DNA from: Chiloscyllium plagiosum
Taxonomy: Eukaryota
Assembly (NCBI RefSeq): GCF_004010195.1
Contig: NC_057751.1
Coordinates: 18,677,543 to 18,741,542, forward strand
Direction: 5' to 3'
Length of the DNA stretch: 64,000 bases
The notes beneath the pieces are model-generated. The model saw only the letters and a list, made by a program, of their open reading frames with translations, searched no databases and had not been told where the DNA came from. Shown in pieces: positions 50,130-61,237 of the stretch (its first letter is position 1; each line of letters opens with the position of its first letter). Both the position numbers and the translations under genes were made by a program.

Positions 50130-51018
50130 AGCTGGAAATGTGTTGCTGGAAAAGCGCAGCAGGTCAGGCAGCATCCAGGGAACAGGAGAATCGACGTTTC
50201 GGGCATAAGCCCTTCTTCAGGAATGAGGAAAGTTTGTCCAGCAGGCCAAGATAAAAGGTAGGGAGGAGGGACTTGGGGGAGGGGCGTCGGAAATGTGATA
50301 GGTGGAAAGAGGTCAAGGTGAGGGTGATAGGTCAGACTGGGGTGGGGGCGGAGAGGTCGGGAAGAAGATTGCAGGTTAGGAAGGCGGTGCTGAATTTGAT
50401 GGATTTGACTGAGACAGGCTGGGGAGAGGGGAAATGAGGAAACTGGTGAAACCCGAGTTCATCCCTTGTGGTTGGAGGGTTCCTAACCGGAAGATGAGGC
50501 GTTCTTCCTCCAACCATCGTTTCGCTGTGGTCTGACGATGGAGGAATCCAAAGACCTGCATATCCTTGGTGGAGTGGGAGGGGGAATTGAAATGTTGAGC
50601 TACAGGGTGGTTGGGTTGGTTGGTCCGGGTGTCCCAGAGGTGTTCTCTGAAACGCTCCGCAAGTAGCCGGCCTGTCTCCCCAATATAGAGGAGGCCACAT
50701 CGGGTGCAGAGGATGCAATAGATGATATGTGTGGAGATNNNNNNNNNNNNNNNNNNNNNNNNNNNNNNNNNNNNNNNNNNNNNNNNNNNNNNNNNNNNNN
50801 NNNNNNNNNNNNNNNNNNNNNNNNNNNNNNNNNNNNNNNNNNNNNNNNNNNNNNNNNNGGCGGAGGAGCGGGAAGTGGAAGAGATGCGGTGGAGGGCATC
50901 GTCAACCACGTCGGGGGGGAAATTGCGGTCCTTGAAGAAGGAGGCCATCTGGGTTGTGCGTTTCCAGCAACACATTTCCAGCTCTGATCTCCAGCATCTG
51001 CAGACCTCACTTTCTCCT
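50130..51018 (-). mobile_element. Penelope-like element 3' part with GIY-YIG endonuclease (gap 50739-50858)
   Basis: IIYCILCTRCGLLYIGETGRLLAERFREHL. Perfect 16-bp TSD CACAGTACAGAAGCAG at 50114-50129 and 51019-51034. Hammerhead motif (CUGAAGA) at 50190-50224. Confidence 0.92.
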
Positions 51019-51034
51019 CACAGTACAGAAGCAG

Positions 51035-51335
51035 GACTATCAGCCCAACGTGCCTGCACAGACCCTCGAAAAAGCATCCCACACAACGAAGCTCTCTCCC
51101 TGAAACATTGTAATTCCCATAGCTCATCCAACTAGCCTGCACATCTTTGGGACAATTTCACATGGACAAGCCACTGTTACATGCAGAGCACTCGACTGTG
51201 GGAGGAAATTGGAACATCCGAGCATAACCAAAGTAAACACAGGGAGAAAACACAACCTCCATAAAAACTGGGTTCGAAGGCTGGAGTGGTACTTGGGACC
51301 CTGGCGCTGTGCAGCAGCAGTGCTAACCACTGTAC
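51035..51335 (-). mobile_element. HE1-type V-SINE, decayed
   Basis: GCAGCAGTGCTAACCACTGT head and CCTGCACATCTTTGG on the plus strand. Confidence 0.7.
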
Positions 51336-51574
51336 TTCAGTATCACGTACATTCATTGTGAAGGATCAGAATGTATCTCACTCCCAGATCGAAGATAACA
51401 ACTGAAACATTAGCTGCTGCTGTGGACCAGCATGACTAACTCATGGAGGGAACACACAGTTTTTTTTTAAGAAAGGGAGGAAAATCATTCCTATATTTAC
51501 GGTGAGGAAAGAAAACAAACAAATATAAATTGTCTCTAGCCTGAAGGCAAAGGTAGCAGATGAGTTGAGGACCC

Positions 51575-52210
51575 GTTGCGATGTCACCATTTGTTGTGAG
51601 ATATTGAACACCAAATACTGCACTGAGGAAACTGCAACTGTAGTTCTCGCAGCAATCAGCCATCTGCCCTGTTTCCAGAACAGCATCCAATCTACATTAG
51701 TATTGAATTTTCCAAGATTATTAACAATGTACTCTGGAGCCATACGAATTCAGGTGGAGATTATGAAAACCCTGCATGGAGAGAATTTGACATCTTTGAA
51801 TAGATACTGACACCAATACTTTTTTTTACCTTAAGTCTGTTCCTCAACGCTCTGACAGGAAAATGCATTTTATTGGCCAGTCGAGTCCATAAGGGACAGA
51901 AGGTTCAGAATAAGGGAGACAATTCCAAGGACACAGGGATGGAAATTAGAAGGCAGTGAGTAATTTTACTCTGCTCTATATCTGGCAGCTTCATTTTTTT
52001 TGGCTATGTGCCGTTGTATACATAATTTTGATATTGATGATCGTTTAGATAGTGTTGATATATATAAATTTCAATGAGTTGCATAATGGATGCGGAGTTT
52101 GAACTATTGCACGAGCACTACTGTCAATGTGACATCCCTGTCCGAGTTCAGAGTACCTCAGCAACCCATTCGAAGCTACTTTTGCATAAAATATTCAACC
52201 CACTAACAAT
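51575..52210 (+). pseudogene. GPR139-like pseudogene E, 5'-truncated (TM3 end to C-terminus)
   Basis: VTICCEILNTKYCTEETATVVLAAIS, PAWREFDIFE*ILTP and LFLNALTGKCILLASRVHKGQKVQNKGDNSKDTGMEIRRQ*VILLCSISGSFIF. Contains stops and frameshifts. Confidence 0.8.
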
Positions 52211-52669
52211 CCATGCAACTGAGAGAGCAGCTCTGATTATGGGATCACAAAAATAAGCGAATGGAGTAAATCAATGGAGGAAGTACGTTATCATTTGGGA
52301 AGATGAGACTGCAATTTGGAGCATCACAGGAACACGGGAAGCAGATGTCAGATACCAAATAGCAAAGAGCAAAGGAGAAGAGATGGCTGTCAGATAATGT
52401 GAAGTTCCATAATGGAAAGGAGGATCTGTCATGTCAAAGAGCAGCAGAACATCCGCAAGCAAGAATACGAGACATAGTTGGACGTAAACAACATTGCGTG
52501 TGTTTGAGCTCTTCTATTGAGCAAAAAAAACAACTGAGTGGACTATAAGCAACAGTAAAACAATAATATCTGTTTATTTGACACAATTAACATTAGAACA
52601 ATAATATGAAATAATGGTAAAAGAAACCCATATATTTTCCTTATGCTGTAACTAACATTAAAAAGTCAT

Positions 52670-53350
52670 GTACCATCACACGAGGACTTGGCCAGGCTCC
52701 ACGTAGTGATGTCGTCTGATCTTCTTCCGATTGTTTCAGAGAAGTCTTCTTTTTTGGTGGTTGTTATCGATTTACTGCTCTCCAGTTACCACTCGAGTTA
52801 GCACTCCTGAGGTTGGTGTGGCAGCAATTTCTACTCTTTTGGGAGAATCTTGAGTTTCATTAAATGGATTGATTACATTCGATCACCCTGATAGATCGAC
52901 TGCAGCGAATTGTTGGCATGCTGAAGGCAGATGGTTCTGAAGTGCCCATTACTGCAGATTCTGGTAGCACATAGCCTCCTCCAAATAAGGATGTGAGGCA
53001 CCTCCGTGCCGGGCGCAAACGTTGATGATTCGGATTGTCCCGTGGGGGTCATTCTAGTGACCCATTCAAACCCAAATTCTAGTCTGTGTTGCAGGGTCTG
53101 CTGCTTTCCAATTTGGTTGGAGACTGTGGGCAGTTGCAGCCTGTCTGGATTCTGCAGCATATGAATTGACACGATCACTTCAGTCAAGACTGGCTTCATT
53201 TTGCAGAATATTTTAGTACTTGCCCACTTTATTAAATGCAATTTAGATTTATCATTTGGAACGGTCTGTCCACCACAGTCGCTCCTCTTGATCCTGAATG
53301 CGTGATGGATCACATAATAAAAGACCAGTCTGATGTGCGGTGAGTACAGG
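52670..53350 (-). pseudogene. Unrecognised ORF remnant, paralog 1
   Basis: 163-codon open stretch that aligns by eye to 55185-55850 (VSIHML, EW..., GQS, H..IWRR, ITTWS). Confidence 0.5.
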
Positions 53351-54331
53351 ATCATCAAACTCAAGCAAAACGTAATCTGTACTTAAACCGCTTTACACCA
53401 CACATGAGAATCAAGCAGCTATTGTAAACAAAATAAATCAGGAGCAATGAGCAAATACAAAACAAATTCATAACGAAAAATGAAAAGAAAGCAAACATTA
53501 TAGACCACACAACAGCAACAACAAAAATATCAACAGATACAAAAAAAACTTGTACTGAAACAATGTTATCAAACCACCGGAAAGAAAAAGTCGTAACAGA
53601 AATTTTCAGTAGGGAATTTGAAAATTGAAAAAAAAGGGAAATATATTACACTTTGGAGAAATAGCCAAAAATATCAAAAATCTCCGAAAAAAGTCAGAAA
53701 AAATGAAAAATCAAATGAACGCTACAAACCCAGAAAAGATACATTGATAATAAGAAGAAATGCAAAACAAAATTGAAGAACATGCTCAATGCTAAATAAA
53801 ATTCATGACACACCTAGTCAAATATTTTAAATGTTTCAGGGATCAGGGCGGGGTACCGTAATTTTGCGTGAGGTCTCCAGGCATAGTTCCTGGTCAAATT
53901 GGCGTCTTGTGGGCATTGTTTTCGATGACAATTATAATCCTGATGAGGTACATCTTGATTACATTCCATCCAGTCATGATTGTCCTGGAGAGAGATCAAG
54001 GTCATTTCTAATTTTATCCTTGTTGACCAGTTGAATACTTTTGAAGCAAAGAAATGCCTATGATGCATATGCCCTAATCCTCACTCACGTTTCTTCTCTA
54101 CACAAATAATTGAAGAAAAGTAGGAATGAGAACCCCGTATAGAATGTTGAGTCAGGTTTAGAGGCCTAGGAGGCTCCAACATCGGTTTTTCAGTGTTAGG
54201 GATAAGGGTGGTTGAGATGACGTGACCACGATGCGGTTAGGAATGACTGAGATGAAGTGATCATAATGCCCCATGTTTGACAGACAATGTAAAATGAAGA
54301 TGCTTTGTCTAGTGGGCTACAACGAGGCGGT

Positions 54332-54655
54332 CATAGAATCTCTACTATGTAGAATCGTGTCTTTCGGCGCATCAAGTCCACATTGACCCCCAAAGAATAT
54401 CGCACCCGGACCCATTCCGTTACCCTATTTACTATACATTTCCCCTGACGAATGCACCTAACATACACATCCTTTAAAAAAGGATGGACAATTTAGCCAA
54501 TTAATCTATCCTGCACATCTTTGGACTGTGGAAGGAAACCCACACAGAAGCGGGGCGAATGTGCAAACTCCATACAGCCAGTAACCCGAGGCTGGAATCG
54601 AAACCAAGTTCTTGATGGGATGAGACAGCAGTGACAACCACTGAGCCACCATGCT
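54332..54655 (-). mobile_element. HE1-type V-SINE
   Basis: CCACTGAGCCACC head, CCTGCACATCTTTGGACTGTGG V-domain and CATAGAATC tail. Confidence 0.8.
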
Positions 54656-54940
54656 GTCAGAACGGCCTAAAATGTAAAAATAAGTGAAGATGAAAGACGA
54701 TCTCAGGAGATCAATGCTTTAAATCTCAGGAAAGTGAGAGGCAGTTGCAGAAACATTATATTGGTTTGCCCAACAGCGTCCACAGAAATCAGAGTTGAAA
54801 TACTTAGCAGGTGCAAGCAAATTTAGAATACCAGAAACAGTTGCACCTTGCTTTTGGTGCCTGGTAGTACTTGTTTCCTCACCTGAATTCGTGAAGGAGT
54901 GCACCAATCAAATAGGCACCCAACATTCATTCCAACTGTG

Positions 54941-55175
54941 ATTCCTGATGAAGGACTTTTTTCCAGAAACATTGATTTTCCTGCTGCTCGGAGACTGCCT
55001 GACCTGTTATGGTTTTCTAGCACCACTCGAATCTTGACTCTAATCTCCAGCATATGCAGTACCCAATTCTGTCTACCCAGCAGTCATCATCAGTGTGTTC
55101 CGAATCTTCCGCTGCGCTTTTCCAACAACACATTTTCAGTTCTGATCTCCAGCATCTGCAGTCCTCACTTTCTCC
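54941..55175 (+). mobile_element. Two PLE terminal-repeat fragments
   Basis: ATTCCTGATGAAGGAC...; TCTGATCTCCAGCATCTGCAGTCCTCACTTTCTCC. Confidence 0.7.
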
Positions 55176-55184
55176 TTAAATTTG

Positions 55185-55850
55185 AATGATCGTATACCCC
55201 CCACGCGAGAACTTGCCCGGGCTCCAGATGGTGATGGCATCTTCTTCTTCCAATGGTCTTGGAGGTGTCTTCTGTTGCTGTGGTAATTCTCGAGTTACCA
55301 CCCTGCGCAGCGTTTTTAGGCGATTGTTATCCTTCTGAGTCTTTGCGCCCTTTGGGAGTGTCAGGATGAACTGCCAATAGATTGACCAGATGTAATTACC
55401 CTGATCAATCAGACCCAACGAGGCGTTGGCACATTGACACTTATGGTAGATGTCGTTATGGTAGGTGTTGCTTTCACGTCGCCTCCTCCAAATAAAGGTA
55501 TGAGATGTCTCGTGTCTAGCAAGTAACTCCCTGTTCCCGATTGTCCCAAGGGCGCAATTCCATTGTCCCATTCAAGTCTAACTTCGGGTTCATACTGCAC
55601 AGTATTTTTTAATAAACCAGTCTGGGGTATCTGTAGCTTGACTGGAATCCACAGCATGTGGATTGACACAGTTACTCCCGTAAAGGCTGGCTTAATTTCC
55701 CAGCGTGATTTAATCATTGTCCACCTTTAGTCACTCGATGATAGGTTTTGTTTTCTCCATCATAAGTTCATTATTTCCTGTGGCCCGTCTGCCAGAAACC
55801 ATGTGCCTCTTTCCGTGCTGTCGGCTCTGGTGACTCTGCAATGCAGAAAT
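55185..55850 (-). pseudogene. Unrecognised ORF remnant, paralog 2
   Basis: Overlapping ORFs 55409-55717 and 55176-55571, joined by one frameshift, align to paralog 1. Confidence 0.5.
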
Positions 55851-56453
55851 TTATCTAGCTTAATACTTGTATAACAGCATGGCTTAGAAATTCGGCACTC
55901 ACGTCACTGACATCATCCTTCACATTTCCTTCGCTTAGGTGAATGCAAACACAAAATATTCATTTGGGACCGCCCTTAGCTTTTCCATCTCCATACATAT
56001 ATTGCCTGATTTTCCTCGAGTGGGCCAATCCTTTCCCTTTCTACATAGCCTAACCTGTCTACCTTTCCCTAATATTTTAATCTACTCATTCCAGATAGAA
56101 ATTTCGCAAATCTTCTCTGAACAAATCCAAAGTATTAGCAACTTTCCAACGGGATGGTGAGCAGTATTGTAAACAGTATTATCAATGCGCTGTCCATCTG
56201 AAGCTCCATCTCTGTGCATGAACATCCAGTTTTGCTTCAAACAAACACTGGCATTTTATTAGAATCATAGAATCATAGAGCACAGAAACACACCCTTCCT
56301 CCAATCAGTCCACAACGACCATGTTCTCAAACGAGTTCACAAGCACGCGCTTGGCCCATCTGCCTCCAAACCTTTCCTCGAAATGAACTCATCCATATTT
56401 TCAAAATTTGTTACCAATTCCTGCATTCACCAACTCACCTTGCAGATCATCTC

Positions 56454-58654
56454 GGTAAAAAAAAAATGACTCCAGATGCTGGAAACCAGATTCTGGATTA
56501 GTAGTGCTGGAAAAGCACAGCAGTTCAGGCAGCATCCGAGGACCAGCAAAATCGACGTTTCAGGCAATATCCCTTCATCAGGAGTATCGGCAAAATGCCT
56601 GAAGGGTGGAGAGATAAGTGAGTGGAGGGTGGGGGTGGGGAGAAAGTAGCATAGAGTACAATAGGTGAGTGGGGGAGGGAATGAAGNNNNNNNNNNNNNN
56701 NNNNNNNNNNNNNNNNNNNNNNNNNNNNNNNNNNNNNNNNNNNNNNNNNNNNNNNNNNNNNNNNNNNNNNNNNNNNNNNNNNNNNNNNNNNNNNNNNNNN
56801 NNNNNNNNNNNNNNNNNNNNNNNNNNNNNNNNNNNNNNNNNNNNNNNNNNNNNNNNNNNNNNNNNNNNNNNNNNNNNNNNNNNNNNNNNNNNNNNNNNNN
56901 NNNNNNNNNNNNNNNNNNNNNNNNNNNNNNNNNNNNNNNNNNNNNNNNNNNNNNNNNNNNNNNNNNNNNNNNNNNNNNNNNNNNNNNNNNNNNNNNNNNN
57001 NNNNNNNNNNNNNNNNNNNNNNNNNNNNNNNNNNNNNNNNNNNNNNNNNNNNNNNNNNNNNNNNNNNNNNNNNNNNNNNNNNNNNNNNNNNNNNNNNNNN
57101 NNNNNNNNNNNNNNNNNNNNNNNNNNNNNNNNNNNNNNNNNNNNNNNNNNNNNNNNNNNNNNNNNNNNNNNNNNNNNNNNNNNNNNNNNNNNNNNNNNNN
57201 NNNNNNNNNNNNNNNNNNNNNNNNNNNNNNNNNNNNNNNNNNNNNNNNNNNNNNNNNNNNNNNNNNNNNNNNNNNNNNNNNNNNNNNNNNNNNNNNNNNN
57301 NNNNNNNNNNNNNNNNNNNNNNGTTGGAGGGCATCTTTAACCACATGGGAAGGGAAATTGCGATCTCTAAAGAAGGAGGCCGTCTGGTGTGTTCTGTGGT
57401 GGAACTGGTCCTCCTGGGAGCAGATATGGAGAAGGCGGAGGAATTGCGAATACGGGATGGCATTTTTGCAGGAGTTAGGGTGAGAAGAGGTGTAATCCAG
57501 GTAGCTGTGAGATTCGGTGTCAAATCGGTCATCATTAATAGAGATGGAGAGGTCCAGGAAGGGGAGGGAGGTGTCAAAGATGGTCCAGGTAAATTTAAGG
57601 TCCGGGTGGAATGTGCTGGTGCAGTTGATGAATTGCTTAACCTCCTCACGGGAGCACGTGTTGGTGCCAATGCAGTCATCAATGGAGTGGAGAAAGAGGT
57701 GGGGAGTGGTGCCGGAGTAATTACGGAAGATGGACTATTCTACGTAGCCAACAAAGAGACAGGAATAGCTGGGGCCCATACGGGGCCCATACGGATGATC
57801 ATGGCTGCCCCTTTGATCTGGAGGAAGTGGCATGATTCAAAAGAGAAATTGTTAAGAGTGAGGGTCAGTTCGGCCAAACGAATGACAGTGTCATTGGAAG
57901 AGTGTTGTTGGGGACGTCGGGCGATGAAGAAACGTAGGGCTTGGATGCCCTGGTCATGGCGGATGGAGGTGTAGAGGGAATTGGATATCCATGGTGAAGA
58001 TATGGGGGCCGGGAAACGGAATTCTTAGAGAAGGTGGAGGGCATGGGTGGTGTCTCGAACGTATGTGGGGAGTTCCCGGACTGGGGGAATAGGTAGAAAT
58101 GAATTCAGTGGGGCAGGAGCATGCTGCGAAAATGGGTTGGCCAGGGTGGTCAGGCTTGTGGATCTTGAAAAGGAGTTAGAACTGGGCAGTGCAGGGTTCA
58201 CGGACTGTGGGTGAGAGATCTCCTGAGGTGATGAGGTTCCATGTGGTCTGGGAGATGATGGTTTGGTGATGGGGATGAGGTCATGGTCGAGGGGGCGGTA
58301 GGACGAGGAGTCCTCGAGTTGGCGCCTGGCTTCAGCAGTGTAAAAGTCAGTGCGCCAGACTACCACTGCACATCCTTTGTCTACTGCCTTCATGGTGAGG
58401 TCGGGATTGGAGCAGTGGGAGTGGAGGGCAGTACTTTGTGAGGGTGAGAGGTTGGAGTAGGGGAAAGGGGTAGACATGATGAGGCGGCTAAGGTCCCGGT
58501 GGCAATTGGAAATGAAGCGGTTGAGGGCGGATAATAGGCCAGCACGGGTTGTCCAGGTGGGTGCAGTGTGTTGGAAGTGGGCGAAGGGGTCCTCGGAAGG
58601 TGGGCGGGAGTCCTGATTGTGAAAATAAGCTCGGAGGTGGTGGCGGCGGAACAA
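56454..58654 (-). mobile_element. Penelope-like element with decayed RT (gap 56687-57322)
   Basis: LRAYFH..., KAVDKGCAVVVW, YVRDTTHAL, RMGP and SIDDCIG (YIDD-type). Terminal repeat at 56454-56590. Confidence 0.9.
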
Positions 58655-60363
58655 GTCATAGAGCCATAGACTCATAGAGATATCCAGCATGGAAACAGAC
58701 CCTTTGGTCCAACCTGTCCACGCCGACCAGGTATCCCAACCCAATCTAGTCCCACCTGCCATCACTCGGCCCATATCCCTCCAAACCCTTCCTATTCATA
58801 TCCCCATCCAAATGTCTCTTAAATGTTGCAAATGTACCAACCTCCACCACGTCCTCTGACAGTTCATTCCATACACGTACCACCCTCTGTGTGAAAAAGT
58901 TGCTCCTTAAGTCTCTTTTATATCTTTCCCCTCTCACCCTAAACCTATGCCCTCTAGTTCTGGACTCCNNNNNNNNNNNNNNNNNNNNNNNNNNNNNNNN
59001 NNNNNNNNNNNNNNNNNNNNNNNNNNNNNNNNNNNNNNNNNNNNNNNNNNNNNNNNNNNNNNNNNNNNNNNNNNNNNNNNNNNNNNNNNNNNNNNNNNNN
59101 NNNNNNNNNNNNNNNNNNNNNNNNNNNNNNNNNNNNNNNNNNNNNNNNNNNNNNNNNNNNNNNNNNNNNNNNNNNNNNNNNNNNNNNNNNNNNNNNNNNN
59201 NNNNNNNNNNNNNNNNNNNNNNNNNNNNNNNNNNNNNNNNNNNNNNNNNNNNNNNNNNNNNNNNNNNTATCTGAATTAAACTCCATCTGCCACTTCTCAG
59301 CCCATTGGCCCATCTGGTCCAGATCCTGTTGTAATCTGAGGTAACCCTCTTCGCTGTCCACTACACCTCCAATTTTGGTGTCATCTGCAAACTTACTAAC
59401 TGTACCTCTTATGCTCGCATTGAAATCATTTATGTAAATGACAAAATGTAAAGGGCCCAGCACCGATCCTTGTGGCATTCCACTGGTCACAGGCCTCCAG
59501 TCTGAAAAACAACCCTCCACCACCACCCTCCGTCTTCTACATTTGAGCCAGTTCTGCATCCAAATGGCTAATTCTCCCTTTATTCCATTAGATCTAACCT
59601 TGCTAATCTGTCTCCCATGGGGAACCTTGTCAAACGCCTTACTGAAGTCCATATAGATCACATCTACTGCTCTGCCCGCATCAATCTTCTTTGGTGCTTC
59701 TTCAAAAAACTCGATCAAGTTTGTGGCACATGATTTCCCACGCACAAAGCCATATTGACTATCCCTAATCTTTCCTTGCCTATCCAAATACATGTACATC
59801 CTGTCCCTCAGTATTCCCTCCAACAACTTGCCCACCACTGAGATCAGGCTCACCGGTCTATAGNNNNNNNNNNNNNNNNNNNNNNNNNNNNNNNNNNNNN
59901 NNNNNNNNNNNNNNNNNNNNNNNNNNNNNNNNNNNNNNNNNNNNNNNNNNNNNNNNNNNNNNNNNNNNNNNNNNNNNNNNNNNNNNNNNNNNNNNNNNNN
60001 NNNNNNNNNNNNNNNNNNNNNNNNNNNNNNNNNNNNNNNNNNNNNNNNNNNNNNNNNNNNNNNNNNNNNNNNNNNNNNNNNNNNNNNNNNNNNNNNNNNN
60101 NNNNNNNNNNNNNNNNNNNNNNNNNNNNNNNNNNNNNNNNNNNNNNNNNNNNNNNNNNNNNNNNNNNNNNNNNNNNNNNNNNNNNNNNNNNNNNNNNNNN
60201 NNNNNNNNNNNNNNNNNNNNNNNNNNNNNNNNNNNNNNNNNNNNNNNNNNNNNNNNNNNNNNNNNNNNNNNNNNNNNNNNNNNNNNNNNNNNNNNNNNNN
60301 NNNNNNNNNNNNNNNNNNNNNNNNNNNNNNNNNNNNNNNNNNNNNNNNNNNNNNNNNNNNNNN
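58655..60363 (-). mobile_element. Young CR1 LINE (gaps 58969-59267, 59864-60363)
   Basis: Open RT: YRPVSLISVVGKLLE...DFSKAFDKVPH...PQGSVLGP...FADDTKIGG. (ATAGAGTC)-type tail. Confidence 0.93.
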
Positions 60364-60752
60364 TCCAAAGCAGTCAGTGACATCTGATTTGTGACACAAT
60401 TCCATACATCAAACTGTACCCCAAATAACTTAATGCCCAAGGTAACAAGAAAAATGCAATCTCAATTTAAAGTCAAGAAATTTTATGGCACATGGGTGGA
60501 ATCAGCACCAAATTCATCATGATCACCAATTGTACTGGAGGATGTAGTGGTGAGCAAACCTTTAACTGCCACACCTCTACAGTACAGGTCGAGCTGAGGC
60601 AGCGTTCCAGGATTTTGTTCAATGACAATGAAGGAACAGCAACACAGTTAAGTTAGGTTGGTACGTTGATTGGAAGATGCCTTGGTGTTGGTGATGTGCC
60701 CGTGTCTTCTGCTTTCATCTGGATGAGTGCAGTTCCAGCAATAAAGAAACTT

Positions 60753-61077
60753 GGGGTGGCACGGTGGCACAGTGGCACAGTGGTTAGCACTGCTGCCTCA
60801 CAGCAACACAGACCTGGGTTCAATTCTCACCTCAGGCCACTGTCTGTATGGAGTTTGCACATTCGCCCTGTATCTGCGTGGGTTTCCTCCAGGTACTCCA
60901 GTTTCCTCCCACAGTCCAAAGATGTGCAGGTTAGGGGGAATTGGCCATGCTAAATTGCCCACAGTGTTAGGTGCATTAGTTAGGGGAAATGGTCTGGGTG
61001 GGTTGCTCTTCGGAGGGTCGGTGTGGACTTGTTGGACTGAAGGGCTTGTTTCCACACTGTAGGGAATCTAATCTAAT
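60753..61077 (+). mobile_element. HE1-type V-SINE
   Basis: Duplicated A box GTGGCACAGTGGCACAGTGG, B box GGTTCAATTC, V-domain and (AATCT) tail. Confidence 0.9.
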
Positions 61078-61237
61078 TATATTGTCAGTTTACAGGGAGG
61101 AGCATCCAAGTAAGGCCACATGCATACTGATTGGGTGATCCTCACTGATTGTAACGGTCAGTAGTAAAGATTAAGCCATCTGCTGTTACACAATGAATGT
61201 TCTTAACTTTAACTGGCTTGACATAATGAATACTTTT

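Larger units (their letters stand above)
49470..51499 (-). pseudogene. GPR139-like pseudogene F, split by a SINE and a PLE
   Basis: 51499-51340 gives VNIGMIFL...TAAANVSVVIFDLGVRYILI (TM1-TM2; acceptor AG mutated to CG). 50100-49470 gives QKLIMQYGSVKRAAV, HHILISTIPFLIILLLKYSTIRHILM and MELGFMLDFISC. Confidence 0.72.

Noticed and set aside
53810..54070. Third copy of the unknown duplicated ORF
   Set aside because: Similarity is limited to short patches such as GAATGTAATCAA and cannot be supported by eye.
56427..60440. Long ORFs of 200-480 aa (also 8879-9604 and around 50.7 kb)
   Set aside because: Lengths are inflated by N runs, and the real residues are PLE or CR1 sequence.
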